Source: Phoronis australis (taxonomy: Eukaryota; Animalia; Phoronida). From it: a stretch of 64,000 bases of DNA. Below, piece by piece: positions 26,301-63,100 of this stretch; the stretch's first letter is position 1, and every line of letters begins with the position of its first letter. The translations under genes and the position numbers were made by a program. Location: positions 166,062-230,061 of the forward strand of contig NMRA01000255.1 of the NCBI GenBank assembly GCA_002633005.1. Reading direction: 5' to 3'. The notes below the pieces were generated by a model. It ran no database searches. It saw only the letters and a program-made list of their open reading frames with translations, and was not told the origin of the DNA.

Positions 26301-29300
26301 ATTATCAGCATCATTAAGCATTCATTTACAGAAATGCTTATCACAGTCGTGAATTGAAAATGATCAAACATGAGAAAATATACATAATTTTAACTGAAAA
26401 TTTTTTAGCTCCATGGACAGGAGTATGACGCATGAATGTACCCAGCGCCAGTGTGTAATGTCCACCAACACGCCAATTTCTTGTAAAAACTTGTAACATA
26501 TCCACGCTTCTCTGGTATCCCATGGAAAAGTGAAAAGCACCACTGCATGGTCAAATACAGAGTACTTACAACCACCACAAACGCAGCACCTTGACATTAC
26601 TTATTAAGCCATAAATGACAGAAAAACCAGCAGCAATATCCCATGATTTTTCACAATACACACTATGAAGGATGACAAATGCTAAGCTGTGATTGGTTGT
26701 CTCGATTCCATGCGATATGAATCAACCAATAAATGATCGTAACTCAAAATCAGATTACTGACATATCGTCAGATAGTGGTTGCAAGTGTTCTAATTTGAC
26801 AGCTGACTGACTGGCATTACAACTAACTCCCGTTTAGTCTGTTCGCTGAATGAATATATTAATGTGAAGATGCATCGACTTAAAACTATTGTCAACAAAA
26901 ACCCATTGCAGCATTTTGGCCATTTTTTATCATACTTCTTCTGCAAAACAAGAACTGTAAACTAACTTTTCACTGTGAATTCAGTTAAAAAATTCTGTCT
27001 TTGAAATTTCAATTTACTTCAGCCAGTATCTTATTGTTGTGAATGCAACACAAATGCTGTAATTACCCTACACGACAACAGGAGCTTAGATCAACTTTCA
27101 TATCAGAGGTGGACGGCAACATGGGTTTTCCTGGTTAATGTACAGCACTGTTTCAACAACAAGACACCACTGAACATCCCAGTTCCCTAACGGTGGAGTT
27201 GTTTTTCAGTGTTTTTAATACAAAATTGCTGTTTTCAAGCTCTTTAAACCACTTCTCATTACAAAACTGGTCTTGTATTAATTCTTGCTCGTTTAGAAGT
27301 GAATGGTGGGCCAGGGAAGAAATGACATTTCTTCACGTCAAGCCTGTAAAATTACAAATGACCTGAAATTTTTGAGAAAGCTTTTCAAAGTGGAATTCCT
27401 GGTTTCGGCTTGAAATTGTCACAAATTGCTCACAGCCAACAACATATCAAAAGCAAGAGATGTAAACCACATACTTAAAATGGTCTTGTAATGCAACATT
27501 AAGATCAAAAGAATCGCCTCTGTCTTGAAAACCTATACCAATAGATGCGCTTCTTCCTAAAATAAGAAAAAGATAGGAGCACGTGGAATTATTAGGCAAG
27601 GATAACAAGAACAGTTTCCTTTATCTATTCTCAATAATAAAATATAGTGAGAATGGAGTGCAAACTTTACTTTCGAAGGTGGGCAAATATTTTTTAAGTT
27701 AATGGCATTCACTGATTTTTATTATTATTATTATTTAAAGATCCATTATTGACGATTTTTGACCACTTACCAACAGTTTTAAACTATACTGGTCTCAACT
27801 AGGCTCTTATCATGGTAAAGTACTTAATACAGTTTCATGAACGTAACACAGAAGTATTCACGAACACGAGAGCCACGTTTTGAGAACCAGTATTTCTCCA
27901 CTGAATAACGATATGGGACCCCCAAAAGTGACTATTGCCTTAATACAATAGGCTGGCCAGCATAGGTGACAGCATAGTATACATACTCTGAAATCAATAT
28001 AACTACCAGCAGGATGATGGATCAACTGAAACTAGACTGAGCTTTGGCTACATGACCCTAGGTGTTCTCCAGTTTGTTTTGAAACTTTGGCAGTCGCATG
28101 GTAGAAACACTGCACACCACAAACAGAGCATAACGCAAAGCCGACTAGTTGAATGGCATCATAAATTACAAATTTTAAACTCAAAACAATGACAGGTGAA
28201 TGCTAAATACATTGACTTGAAGCCCTCACCACTTTCATCCATAATTCTCAGCACAAAATATCGACTCGAGTCCGTGACAGCCTCCACTGCAGGTCCTGGA
28301 TAAGTCTCGACAGGGCATTTGGCAAAGAGTTCTCCTATGTCGCAACACAAATTACTTGCAATTAATTACACAGAAATGCAACAAAATACACAAATACAAT
28401 AAGTGCAGAAAATACACAGAGTGTAAGAACTTGAAACAGGATGAAAATATGGAAAACATAAACTGCACTGGTCAGCCAATTTTTCAATGATGCTCATTCA
28501 GTTTTTAAAATGAACTACACAGACTTTACTCACAGATGTTGTCAAACTTTGCCAAATCTTGGTACACCTCATGTCTGAAGTCTTAAGCAACAAAATGACA
28601 CTTCAATATTGTAGTGTATTATATCGTAATATTATAGCACTGTTATCAAACATTTACCAGAGAAACTTTAAAGTCACTGTGCCTAGCCACTAACTCATTT
28701 CCTCAGACATTAATCTGACATTAGTAAATCAAATTGATATTTCTAAATAAAATGGAGATAGTACATAAAGCTGCTAATGACTGTGTTTGTATTTAAATGA
28801 GCTCAGTTTGTAGCTAGTAAGATCACATTACGTTTACGTAGGCACCTCACCAAAAGTAATATACAATTAACAAGGTTTTTACAGGATATTCCTTAGGTCA
28901 TCCTCGTGTGGTCCCGATACCTCAGTGACAAATTAAACAACTTTCAGAGCCGTTGTTTCGTAGCTCAAGTTGGCCTCAATTAGTGTTTGATTTCCGCACT
29001 TGAAATTAGGTTACTTTGCATGTTCATTTCTGAGTCTGATCTGTATCTGAAATGAAGCTGTGTTGCTGTATTTCAGAACCTGACTTGTGTCTTCACTATT
29101 AACATTTTGTTAAATGATGCGCACCGAATAGTTGGAGCTTGGATTTCCTAACGATTAGACCCAGGGTCTGTGACAGCGAAATATTACAGGCTACTGCACA
29201 CAGCACTGTACACTTCCATAACGCACCCGTGTCACAAACAACGCACCTTAATTAATACCATATAGGCCAATCACTTTGTGGCCCCTAAGATGATTGTTTA

Positions 29301-31241
29301 AGGCTGGTCCACACAAGTTTTGTAGTCGCAGGCCTTTTCACGACCCATGCATTGTTGCAGATGTTATACTTATGTCACCAAATCATTATTGTTGCCAGCT
29401 GCTGCATATACAGTGCTTGCACACAGTGTAGCAGCAAGTTATTATTAATTCTAACAGACAAAGGATCTGTTTTACTTGAGAGCTTGACTGCAACTCTTGT
29501 GTGGACCCATATTACTCTTGCAAAAAGGGACCACGTTCATTACGGAAATGTACAATGCAGCATGTGAACGTCAGCAAGTGAACCATGTGTCCATTCAACA
29601 CCAAATTGTACCTGAGTTCTTGTCCTCTAGTTTAATAGACAAGCTGTTGCCTAGAGCTACCACACGTAGCCTTCCCGTCCAGTCAGGAATGTCTAACTTC
29701 CAATCAGCAGCTCTGCAACAGGAGTCATTCTAAGTTCAAAGGTTAAAAATCCTTAAATCATGACAAACTTCCTCAGACCAACATGACAGCTCACCAGTAA
29801 TTCGTTCTATATACACAGCATAAAGGTTGATCTCCATGACCTCCATAGTGAGCCAATCATAACACACCATACTGGTAATCTGCAGGATAGCTAATGCTTG
29901 AAACTTGGCCTCCAAGATCAACACAGAAGAAAAATGACAATTTCAAGAGTGAAACAAGAGACAACAAATAAACATTTTAATTATGAGAGTATTAGTAAAA
30001 GTTGGAAGGATTTAATGGCATCGACAGCTTTCAAAGGTGTCCCTATATACTAAAAGGATACTGAATCAACATGACTTTGATGGTTTAGTCAGTTTAAGTG
30101 ATAATTTGCAAAAAAAAAACCCTGCTGGCATGGCAACCGTTCAGCTGGTAATGGTGTCTCAGTGAGAATGTTGACAGGAAAAACACAGCTTCTCAATGGT
30201 GATTGAGCTGTGCCAATGGAATTTGAGCCACATTACCTTGATTTGAAGGTGTCATCATTCTTCTCTAAAGACATACTTTACAACAAACACTTCAATTCAT
30301 TTTTGTCAATATGCAATCTATAGGTCCCCGGATAAAAAAATCCAAGAATACAAGTTCAAACGAGGACAAAGCTTAATATTGAAAGGTAAGTCTGAACTTG
30401 TTGGCCTATCTGGTTTTCAGTTTATTTTCACTCATAAGTTATAAACAGCTCCCAGCTATGTTACGATTGATTGGCAAGTTAGCCATGAAGACGGACAATC
30501 CTACCCCAGACTGGTCAGAGCATTTATATAGAAGCAGGGCTGTACTAGAACTTGAAATTCTGCTTAATATCAAGATCAAGTCTGCATGAACTTGGAATAT
30601 CCTCGGACACTAAGCAAGTTTACACTCAAATGACCACGTTCGTGTTGAAAAATTGCACTGCACTAAGCAATATCACATGTTCATTAATAATGTATTTTTT
30701 TTAAAGAAACTTTGATTGTTGTTTTCAACTATTGGCAGTCTCATTCACCAAACCATAATTGATTAACGATTCACCTAGTAGTCCTCAGGCTCAGATTCCG
30801 AGACCGATAACCTAAACTAGCTAAAGCCAAGCCAGATGAAAATGGATCATATCCGATCATGGGACTAATAGATAACCAAATTGTATAAAAATGTACAGAA
30901 AAACTTCTTCTGATTACTTTGATGATTATTTCATTCCAGGTTCACACATACGCGATCTTGATATTAAGCGGAATTCCAAGTTCACGAACAGCATCGCCAG
31001 GCATTGCCATTGATGATTGACATTGCCATTGCCACTGCAGTCAGCAGTGTCACTGCACACTCCGTGGAAGAGAATCCACGGTTTTCAGCTGTACAATGCA
31101 GAAGAAGAAAGACTGAATCTTGGATCTCATATTTAAAAAAACACTCTTCAAATACCTGTAACCTCTGTTGGAGGGCCTTGGGGGGATCTTGAAGACAAAA
31201 ACTTCATTTTTAACGCACAACACTTGTTCATAATCAGCCAT
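23379..31241 (-). CDS. NECAP: Adaptin ear-binding coat-associated protein (NECAP1/2 ortholog), 7 exons, 277 aa
   Basis: Exons (minus strand): 31156-31241, 29612-29712, 28230-28334, 27475-27556, 25171-25282, 24643-24944, 23379-23424; GT-AG, 834 nt. PHear domain: [46 protein letters not shown]...GELFAKCPV...[15 protein letters not shown]...[23 protein letters not shown]. This is followed by [18 protein letters not shown], a Pro-rich region, the AP-1 motif WGDF and the C-terminal AP-2 motif WVQF(S*). Confidence 0.96.
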
Positions 31242-31452
31242 TTCGTTTCTGGGTCGATACCACCGACTTCCGCCTTACGCGCGACACCTATTGGAAACCG
31301 GTGCAAGATAGCTATCTCGCTGGTTTCCTGCGTGCCGCTAGGTGGTAGCCAGCACGCAAGCGTAAAAAAAAAATTCCCCGCAGTTTGTGGTAAATGCACA
31401 TGCGTGAGTAATGTAGATTCAATGAGACAAATATATACACAAAACGCACCGA

Positions 31453-32030
31453 GAGTGGCGTACATGAAGTAACATCCACGAGACATTTTTCTGCGTATTG
31501 ACCGAGACCGAAGGTCGAGGTCGATACGCGGAATAACTGATATGTCGAGTTGGATATTACTTCATGTACGCCAATCGAGGTACATTTTGCATTTATCCCA
31601 AACGCTTCGAATTCCTAAGTTTTTTTTCATTTTTTCCGCAGATTTTTTAAATGCTTCACTCAGACTGTTCACATGGCGTATCACATCCTATATGTATGTA
31701 GTTGCGCGTTTGCCGGCTGCAAGTTTTCTCTTGATAAAAGAAACAGTTGTAAATATGACGATTAATTGACTTGAAAAGAGATAACAAAAATGAAAACAAG
31801 CGTAACTTTTCATTGAACTTGTAACATCTGAAAGTAGTTAAATAACAACAATATTTGAAATTGTAGTTACCGAGAAATCCGCGCCTGACGCCGGGTTGCA
31901 GACGATGAAATATTTACTCGGCACTGACTCGGAAATGAATGACTCAAGACAAGTCATATAATTAACAGATGTTACGATTGAGACCTGATGGCCGTATTTC
32001 CCTCGAAAGATTTAACTCGTTTGGGATAAA
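31453..32030. mobile_element. Palindromic repeat element upstream of NECAP
   Basis: A ~120-bp hairpin at 31456-31573 (TGGCGTACATGAAGTAACATCCA ... GACCGAAGGTC ... TGGATATTACTTCATGTACGCCA), plus a second inverted pair TTTATCCCAAACG (~31592) / CGTTTGGGATAAA (~32018). Confidence 0.6.
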
Positions 32031-33095
32031 GGTCATTGACATTCGACATGTTAGCAAAATCCCGGCGAGCTTCAGCCGATGAGTTCGCAAAGTACACGTT
32101 CAGTGTGACCCCAAAAGAAGTTTTGTGTCATCGTGTGATCATGAAAAAATATAGAGTTGGTAAGTCAACTGACAAAAAATCGCCGAAATGGCATCTCAGT
32201 TGACAAAATTTAAATTTCGATCCGTACCGACGAGTTTCAGTGGAAAATGAAAATTTTAGAATAATCATCTTTCTCCCATGATGCTTCCAAGTTGGGTGAT
32301 TATAATTTCTACTCTAAACTGCAGATTAATAGCATCTCAGCTCACTACTTGCAACAAACGGATAAAGAGGAAACTCGAGCAATGTTTTCTCATTCATTTC
32401 CCAAGGAAATTTGTGGGGGTTATCGTTTCCATGAAATGCTTTGCAATATTCAATGAACGGAAATAGAAGATGCCGTTTTTTTAATCGTTACTAAAACAGA
32501 TTCGGCTTGCCCAGTCGCTTGCATTGAAATTGTTTGTTATGTCTCTAGAAGAAATGAGAATTTACAAAATAAATTTTAATGATCGGGTGGTAAATGATAG
32601 AGCATTTTAAGCGTATTTAGAGGTTTTCAGCGACTGTCTGGCAGGTAACGAAAAGAATGGGCGATTTGTCATAAAATCACAACATATGATAGTTTATTGT
32701 TTTATAGCTCTGGTTAAAGCTAACACCATCAAAAAGTCTGTATCATTCAAAAATAACCACAAAATTGTTTTTTCGGCCGTAAAACGAAAATGTCCCTTTA
32801 ATTGGTAAGTTAACTACATATGAATAAAGTACCAAAACTTCAGAGAAGAGAACTCAAACATATTTATCTAACATATGTATATATTTCTCTTTTCATATAA
32901 ATAAATACAGTGAAAGCTTCAACGGTTCATTGGCATCAAGATATGTTTGCACATTGTGAAAGCGAACGCTTCTTGCATCAAAATTAAACACCACCTTGTT
33001 TGTCTGGAATGACCAATACAAACAACAGCGCTTCATGAAATATCTATTCTGTTCCCTCTGGAATGATAACTGTAGAGCCATAGGCCTACCATCAG

Positions 33096-56022
<22,927 letters not shown>

Positions 56023-56934
56023 TTACACTGAAAAGGACGAGGAATGATTTCCAACTAAGTTCTTCTAAATAAAAAAATATCAAAACTTTCAAAACCTCGT
56101 CACCATAATCCATCTGCAGTAATAAATTATCTCATGGACATGAAAGAGTACCAGCAGTTCACCTAGGCAATTACGTCGCCCTGGATGCCGCAGGCATACA
56201 GGGGTGACAATATATTCGCACAAAAATTTAAGAATTTCAAAATACAGGAAACAAAATCAAATGAAACATGCATATATTCACATAGAGTTGTAATGAACAC
56301 ATATCATAAGTCTGGAGACGATTCAGTCAAGGTAATTTGAACAAATCGATGAAAATCTGTCGCGGTTTGCTCGAGTTTCTCTTACCGAGTGCCATTTTGA
56401 GGAAATTACGTAAAATCACGCATTTTGACGGATAAATAGCCCAAGAGACACAAATCTTACAAATTTCACCTGATACCGTCCCATGCTATTTTGCAAGTGT
56501 CACGCGCCATCGTCACGCGCTTCGCTCAGTCTCGCGCTTGCCTTTGCCTAACTCACGTGACTCAGTTGAAATACATTGAGGTTATTGCGCCCTGGTGACA
56601 AAGTTAATGGTGACCAAAAAAGTAGTGTTGGGGTTCTTCGCCAAAGTCATTTTAATTCTTGTAACTAAGCTTTATCGCAGATTATGTGTAGAAGTAGAAA
56701 GGACGACTGAAGAAAGTAAGTGCTTTTATCAGTGATAATTTTAGTGTGGAATGTATTTTTGACGAGGTGAAAACTCCTAATCGGTGGTCGGATTTGGCCT
56801 ACCGCCCGTTTAAAATACACGGGACGAAATTAGTACAGAAAGCGATGGGAAGTATTCTAGACCCTAACCGGCCAGCCAGGGGCTACGTGTTACCTACATT
56901 TCACCCTGCTTAGCTGACGATAAACGAAATTTGA

Positions 56935-57185
56935 CCGAACACTCTCATAAAATCGGTCTCCTAATAATCCTTATCGTGAAACGATTTTATTTCCGTTACC
57001 AACAAGAGTATTTAAAACATCACAGACTCGAGAAACCCCTTCAGAGTTTATAGGGATTGGCCAGTCCGAAAGTTGTGATTTCGTATATGGCGCATGTAAC
57101 TTGGGTTGCCGGCAATTGAAAAATCGGATGAGCGTGGTAATATTTTTAAAGCCCAAAGCGCTTCGGTTAAGAATTCAACATTAAC
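56935..57185 (-). repeat. Dispersed repeat family copy (relatives at ~440-700, ~36350-36470, ~44815-44915)
   Basis: 57144-57182 is 37/39 identical to the reverse complement of 480-518. A second block, CTCTCATAAAATC...GTTACCAACAAGA, is shared with the other copies. Confidence 0.75.
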
Positions 57186-60100
57186 AGGTAAACAGGGGGT
57201 GAAACTCAGAAAATCAGAATTTTTGTCAGCCATTTTACTTTGCTGAATACAGCGTTTGCCATGTATTAGTAAGCGCATCACTGTTAAGCAATTCTTGATA
57301 GATATTATCCGATTAACCGGCAATTACTGGTATATTCTGAGAGAATTTGTCTTTCGCCGACGAGTGATTAAATTACTACACGCACGTTTTATACGAATAG
57401 CCTAAATACGGAGTCATACGCCAACCCTTCGACTGGTTGTAAGTCCCAGTTTGAACTCTGTATGAAAACATACGTCGTGAAGTTGCTACAATTTAGTGAG
57501 CCAAGGCCCAGGTGCTCCTTGGTGTAAATAAATTAAGACCCTGTCTCACCAAAGTAGTTCTCAAGTACGACCCTGAACACGTGACAAAATCCAGTTTGCC
57601 GTGGACGATTTTGCATTCGAAGCATGTTCCAGTTCCGAGCGTTCGTCGGACGAGTTTGGTGTGACAGAGCCTTAAAGAAGTACTGAATCGCCAGAGCAGT
57701 TTTACCGCACTACGTCATCAAACTTGTTTCAGAACAAGAAGACTTTATCATCTTAAAATGAATAAAACCAAAACGAATAACAACTGAAATTTATATATGA
57801 AGATGTTTCGGATCGGTCGTTCTGTTGAACATATTTAACGTCACTCGGTAGTGAAGAAGTGGAAACTCTTGCTTGTTAATTCGGACCATAATTCTTGCAG
57901 GTCACTCTTCAAATACGTATCAATAGAACGCCCAATGCTTAGACTTGATACAAAAATACAAAATTTTGCGATTTAATCTCGATCACATTCCCGTTCACCA
58001 CATCTCCTGCTGTCTCCAACAACATTCCAACAGCGTTAATGCCATTACCACTTCAAAGTAACGAATTATTCATGTTTTGTCCACATTAATTACCATGTGA
58101 CCCACTCCACCACCTCAGGGACAGATTAAGTTTCAATTCTGCCAGCAAACCTGTTGCCATAAATATCAAGCGAGATCTCTAATGTCTGCTAAATTTTGAT
58201 TGGTTTAGATATCAATCTATTTGGGTCATTCTAAGTCACTCAGTCATGGCGACCCTGAGATTGTGTCCTACAGAATGAAGCAGAAAACCATTTCAGAAAA
58301 ATCAACTGTGTGACTTCAGGTTGGTGAGGTACATTTTACGAAAATTCCGTTTCCTTTTGGAGCGCGGCGTCAAAAATATTTTATATAGTGGGATACCCAT
58401 CCACTGGGCTGCGATGGCAATAAACTTTGTTTGGTTTTGGAAAACAGAGAATCTTGCATCTCTTGCGATGCAACTAAGCCTTATTTATCATCTGTTTTTC
58501 ATTCGGACAACTAATACTGTTTGCGATTAGCTAAATCATGAAGATGCCGTTCAAGAAATTTTGAGTTTAGTTCCTTCTCACAAGGGCTCTATTTAATTTT
58601 CCGCTGCCTATTTCAGAAAATGACCAATACACTTTTTACAACACATGTCGCCACGTCGTTTAAAAAGGAACGTTAAAGTCAGATCAAAACCAATTAAGTT
58701 AATTGGTCTTACACGATTAAGTTACTCGAAAAATACGATAGTACCTCTATCAAACACACGTAAAAAACAGTCACAGGAAAATCATTAAATTATTAATTTG
58801 CACTTATAATTTTGGTATTTTGACGTAATAGAAGCTGAGTTTGCGAGTTTGCATTGCCCCCCTGTCAGGCCCTGCTGCGGACCAGATGTAACCTATCTGT
58901 GACAGGCACAGTGGGTGGTTATGTAGTCTACCGTCTCAGCATGACGTCGGGCTGGCTCCGGACTATTTACGCTCGGGTCTCAACCTTGTCATCGAGTCAA
59001 ATGGAAGAAAAACTTCCAAATAGTTTACAAAGTAGAACATAAACAATGAAGGCTTTATCTACCTTCTCGCTGTCAGAAATTACATATTGAACTTAAACCT
59101 TCTTCCCTGTTAATTACTGTGTGCCGGTAAACACGATTCGGATTACTGCTGTACTTGGTTCATAGTGAAACGAATCAAATTCAAAATTACATCGATTATA
59201 ATTTTTCTCATTGTACGAGACGATAATTAAAGTAATTGGGTTTTGTTTTCTTACTTTATCAAACTGGAAATTCGCAAAGGAATTTATACGATCCGTACAC
59301 AAGTGAATAACGCGTGAAATATTTCAGAAAAACCAATAATTCGTGGAAAGCAATAAAAATATGAAATTCCGTTAAACGTGAATACACCGTTACACTCTTA
59401 CCTGTTCCGTAATAGCCAAGTTGACTTTTGAAACTTAAACAAACCTTATTGGCCTTTATATAGCAGTGAGCAAACAGTCGGCAAAAGTTAGTATTCATTA
59501 CAGTACTCAAAAGAAGACTGTAGAAAGTAGTTGTACGACTACGTCAAGTAGTCATCAAGCGGTTGAAGTGGCGATGAACAAATTATAATCTAATCACAGT
59601 ACGAGAAATCACAGCACGTTAGCGCGTGCAGCCCAGACATCGCACAAACTGTTAGGGGATACATCATTCTTCACTCACGCTCAAGAGATCCTTTTTCACT
59701 AATGAATAAACATGACTGTCAGAAATTTGCGAAATAGACTTCGCTTCTCGCGCACGTTATAAAATAGTGTTGACATAAGCGCGCGTTCATTGAGTTTTGG
59801 GTCGTGATTAAGTAGACAAACTGCGGTGGAACGCTGACAATTTCCACTTGTTTACTCTCTTCCTTATCTGGTAAGTGCAGCCAATTTACAAAGAAGATGA
59901 CTGCTCAAGATACAAGCGCTTTCTGCCACCTGATAAATAATAATTGATTACAAGACGGTTCTGCGATTCGCGTTCATCATTTCGAAATATGATATACGAA
60001 CGTTTTTCGTTGCAGAAAACATCCATAGAAGTCATACAAATACTTTCTATGGCGTAAAGAACATCCAACAAAAGCTGTAAATTGTGTTCCGCGATCTCGG

Positions 60101-63100
60101 GAGTTACAAACAAACTTCTCCGACGCCCGAACAAAAAAATTGAAAGGTAACCCTGCAGAATGCTCAAAGAAAAGCTAACTTTCAACAAGCATATTTCAAC
60201 ACCAACATTCAATTTAATTTTATCTCGTCAAGCCGAGACATAAACACCGTCCACCACCAAGATTTCGTCTGCAACGTCGTCAGTCGCATACCAGTGCTCC
60301 GAACGCCTTTTTCTATTTTTTCAAATCGTAAGCTCACGTGGTAAACGACTTAAGATGGGTATCGGGAAGCCAATTGCCCAGCAAATATTTCAACAAAGAC
60401 ATATAGAGGCATTGTTTACTTCTTTGTAAGCACTTCTCTAATGATAATATCTTAGAAAATAGCAGAGCCTAATGTAAACTTACAAAGTGGACAATGCTGA
60501 TATTTCATCTCCTTCGGCTTTACTCTTCGGTAAAAGGCGAGCTAAGACGCGAAGATGTTAGGGAAACTCAAAATGACGTGTTCGTTTCCTTTCTATCAGT
60601 AAATATGCTATTTACCAAATAAAACACCGTGAGCACTTTTAGTCGTCATGACAGAATTTCTTACTATCCCATGACGGGCTTACTAGGATCATGATCATTA
60701 GGTGACTTTTTGTGCAAGGGTGCGAACCAATTGTAACCACAAGCGGAACACTTTTTTGGCAGGAGAAATGTGTTATTTACCCAAAAAATCTCTGTGCTTG
60801 GACTGGGGTGTAAAGATGTCTTCCGGCACGTAGCTGACAACCTTATTACATCGTCTCCTGAGAAGTCCTTTCATAAGATGCAACCTTTCACTTCAAAACT
60901 CCGTTGCGTTACAAACGTAAAGAGAAACAACTTTTGTTTTAATAACAATGTGGTCGTTTTTTTATAACCAGGTAATAACTTTTGATGCTTTGCTACTACA
61001 GTGATGTAATTGAGGTCCTCAAGAGACGCTGACGAGTAACTCACCCCGCAGTTAACGCCAGAAGGCATATCCCATAGTCTGTTGGTTCTGGGTTAGATTA
61101 TTTTCTGTACACACATTTTATAAATTAAACATCGAAATTCTCAAAGAAAGACATTAATTTAAAAAAGGCGGATAGCAGAAAATTACATTCGATTGACATA
61201 CCGTATTCAGAAATTGTAAGGACCAATTACTGAACGGGCAATACGCTAGTACTTTGAATTAACTCCACTCTCATTCGCTGTAACAAGGCGCCTTTCGAAT
61301 CCAGTGATGGACATCTCACTATCTAACGATCTAATGTAGCGTACCCCAAACAGGTTCACTGTCCTACGTTCTAACTGACACATCACAATTTTGATGACGG
61401 GTGTCACATAAAGTTTGGAACTTCTTCAACCTCATTATCTGTTGTTATCGGAATCATCTAGTCCTACACTCCACGTATAATGTTCTTAATGGATTTTTCA
61501 GTTACAGCGATTACTCAGACAAAGGCACTTTGGACATTGACTTAAAGTCAAATATACAGTCAGCGAGTCAATATGTAATTAATATTTTCTTATATAACTA
61601 TGACTCCTTACCTGAACGTAGTTTTTAATGTTAATGCGATCGTACACCGAGAACAAGAGTCAAATGGTTCTACGCAGTCTCTTATGGTGTTATTCGTTAC
61701 ATGTCCAAAATATTAGCTATCAGCTGCTCAGGGCGTTCTTATGTGAAGTAAACATTGCATGGCATACTTGTTCCGTGAACGTCCAAAAATAAAACGACCT
61801 TTCAGAATCTAGATAGAACGAGTGCCGAAGTATTAGCTAAAGTACGCGAACATGAATGGAGGAGTAGTCTGACCACTGGCGGGCACTTTATATTCCCTAC
61901 AGCAACTATATACAAACTGCCCGAGTATTGGGGTCCCCACTCATTACAAACCACGTAATACATTGTTACTGGATACCAAGAGCATGCAGGCATAAACCAG
62001 TACTGGAAATGCGTCCTAAATATTCACATTTTAGGTCGCTTCATAAAAAAACTTGCTATCCTTGCCGTAAGAAAATATGACTTTCAAGAACATTAAAAAA
62101 CCACAACATTTCCTAAAAGGGAAGCCTGAACTTTTTGGTTTTTGGTATATTTTCACTTAAAAGATATCAAAAGCTTTCGATGATAACCATCGGTTAGCAA
62201 GGTTTATCCATAAGGACCATCGACCCTGTTCCACGAGGCATGGCAGGGTAGGTGGACCAGCTAATTTAGACGCATGAAAACACACGCCTGTACCAATCTT
62301 GAGTTGTAGCAAAGAACCCTTCGCACGAGTCAACTGGTGTGCCGGGTAAATACAAGATGGAGTCCCCTGCGTGAATATTAACTTTTGTTCTTTGACGTAA
62401 GTTTGTAATGTAAATTTTTCATATGCTGGTTCTCCCCTTTTGTTTCAAAACAACACGCGGGCGAGGCTAGGAGCACGAACAACTTTTCGTGCCCCTAATA
62501 GTGAGGTTGGTGATATTTTCCGTGCCCCCAGCCTCTTCAGCGACATACACGCATGCCTTTGTAATGAACGTATAATGAGGTAAACAACATTCCAGCTTGC
62601 CTCTATCTACTAGCGAGTCATCATATCAGTTCCTTGTTCCGAACGTCGGTTCCAAACACACGTACTAATTATCACACACCAATTCAATATTTGGAAGTTT
62701 TTCATTGAATGAAAACGCGTAGTCTTTGCCACCCTCTATAAAGTACTGTTCATAACGTCATTGTGCCGTAACGATACCACTCGCTGCTCTCTGCGGCGAC
62801 TTGAAGGCGGGCAACCAGCTAACGAGTATTCAATCAATTGTATTTACCTGATTTTTGGACATCAACACAGGAGCTTAGTTTAACATACAAAGACACTGTT
62901 ACTTTTTCGCTTACTGAATTCCGATGTCCCTGTTCAGGTCCTGTGGTATTCCCATCTTTATGAATTACTGTCGATATTCGGCACAAATGGCAAAAACACG
63001 TGACTGATTAGAACACATTACGAAATTAATTCTTATTCACGGCCTGTTTTACGACGTTCCGCGATAGCTTTAGGCAAGCCCACAAATGTGTGGTGACAAT

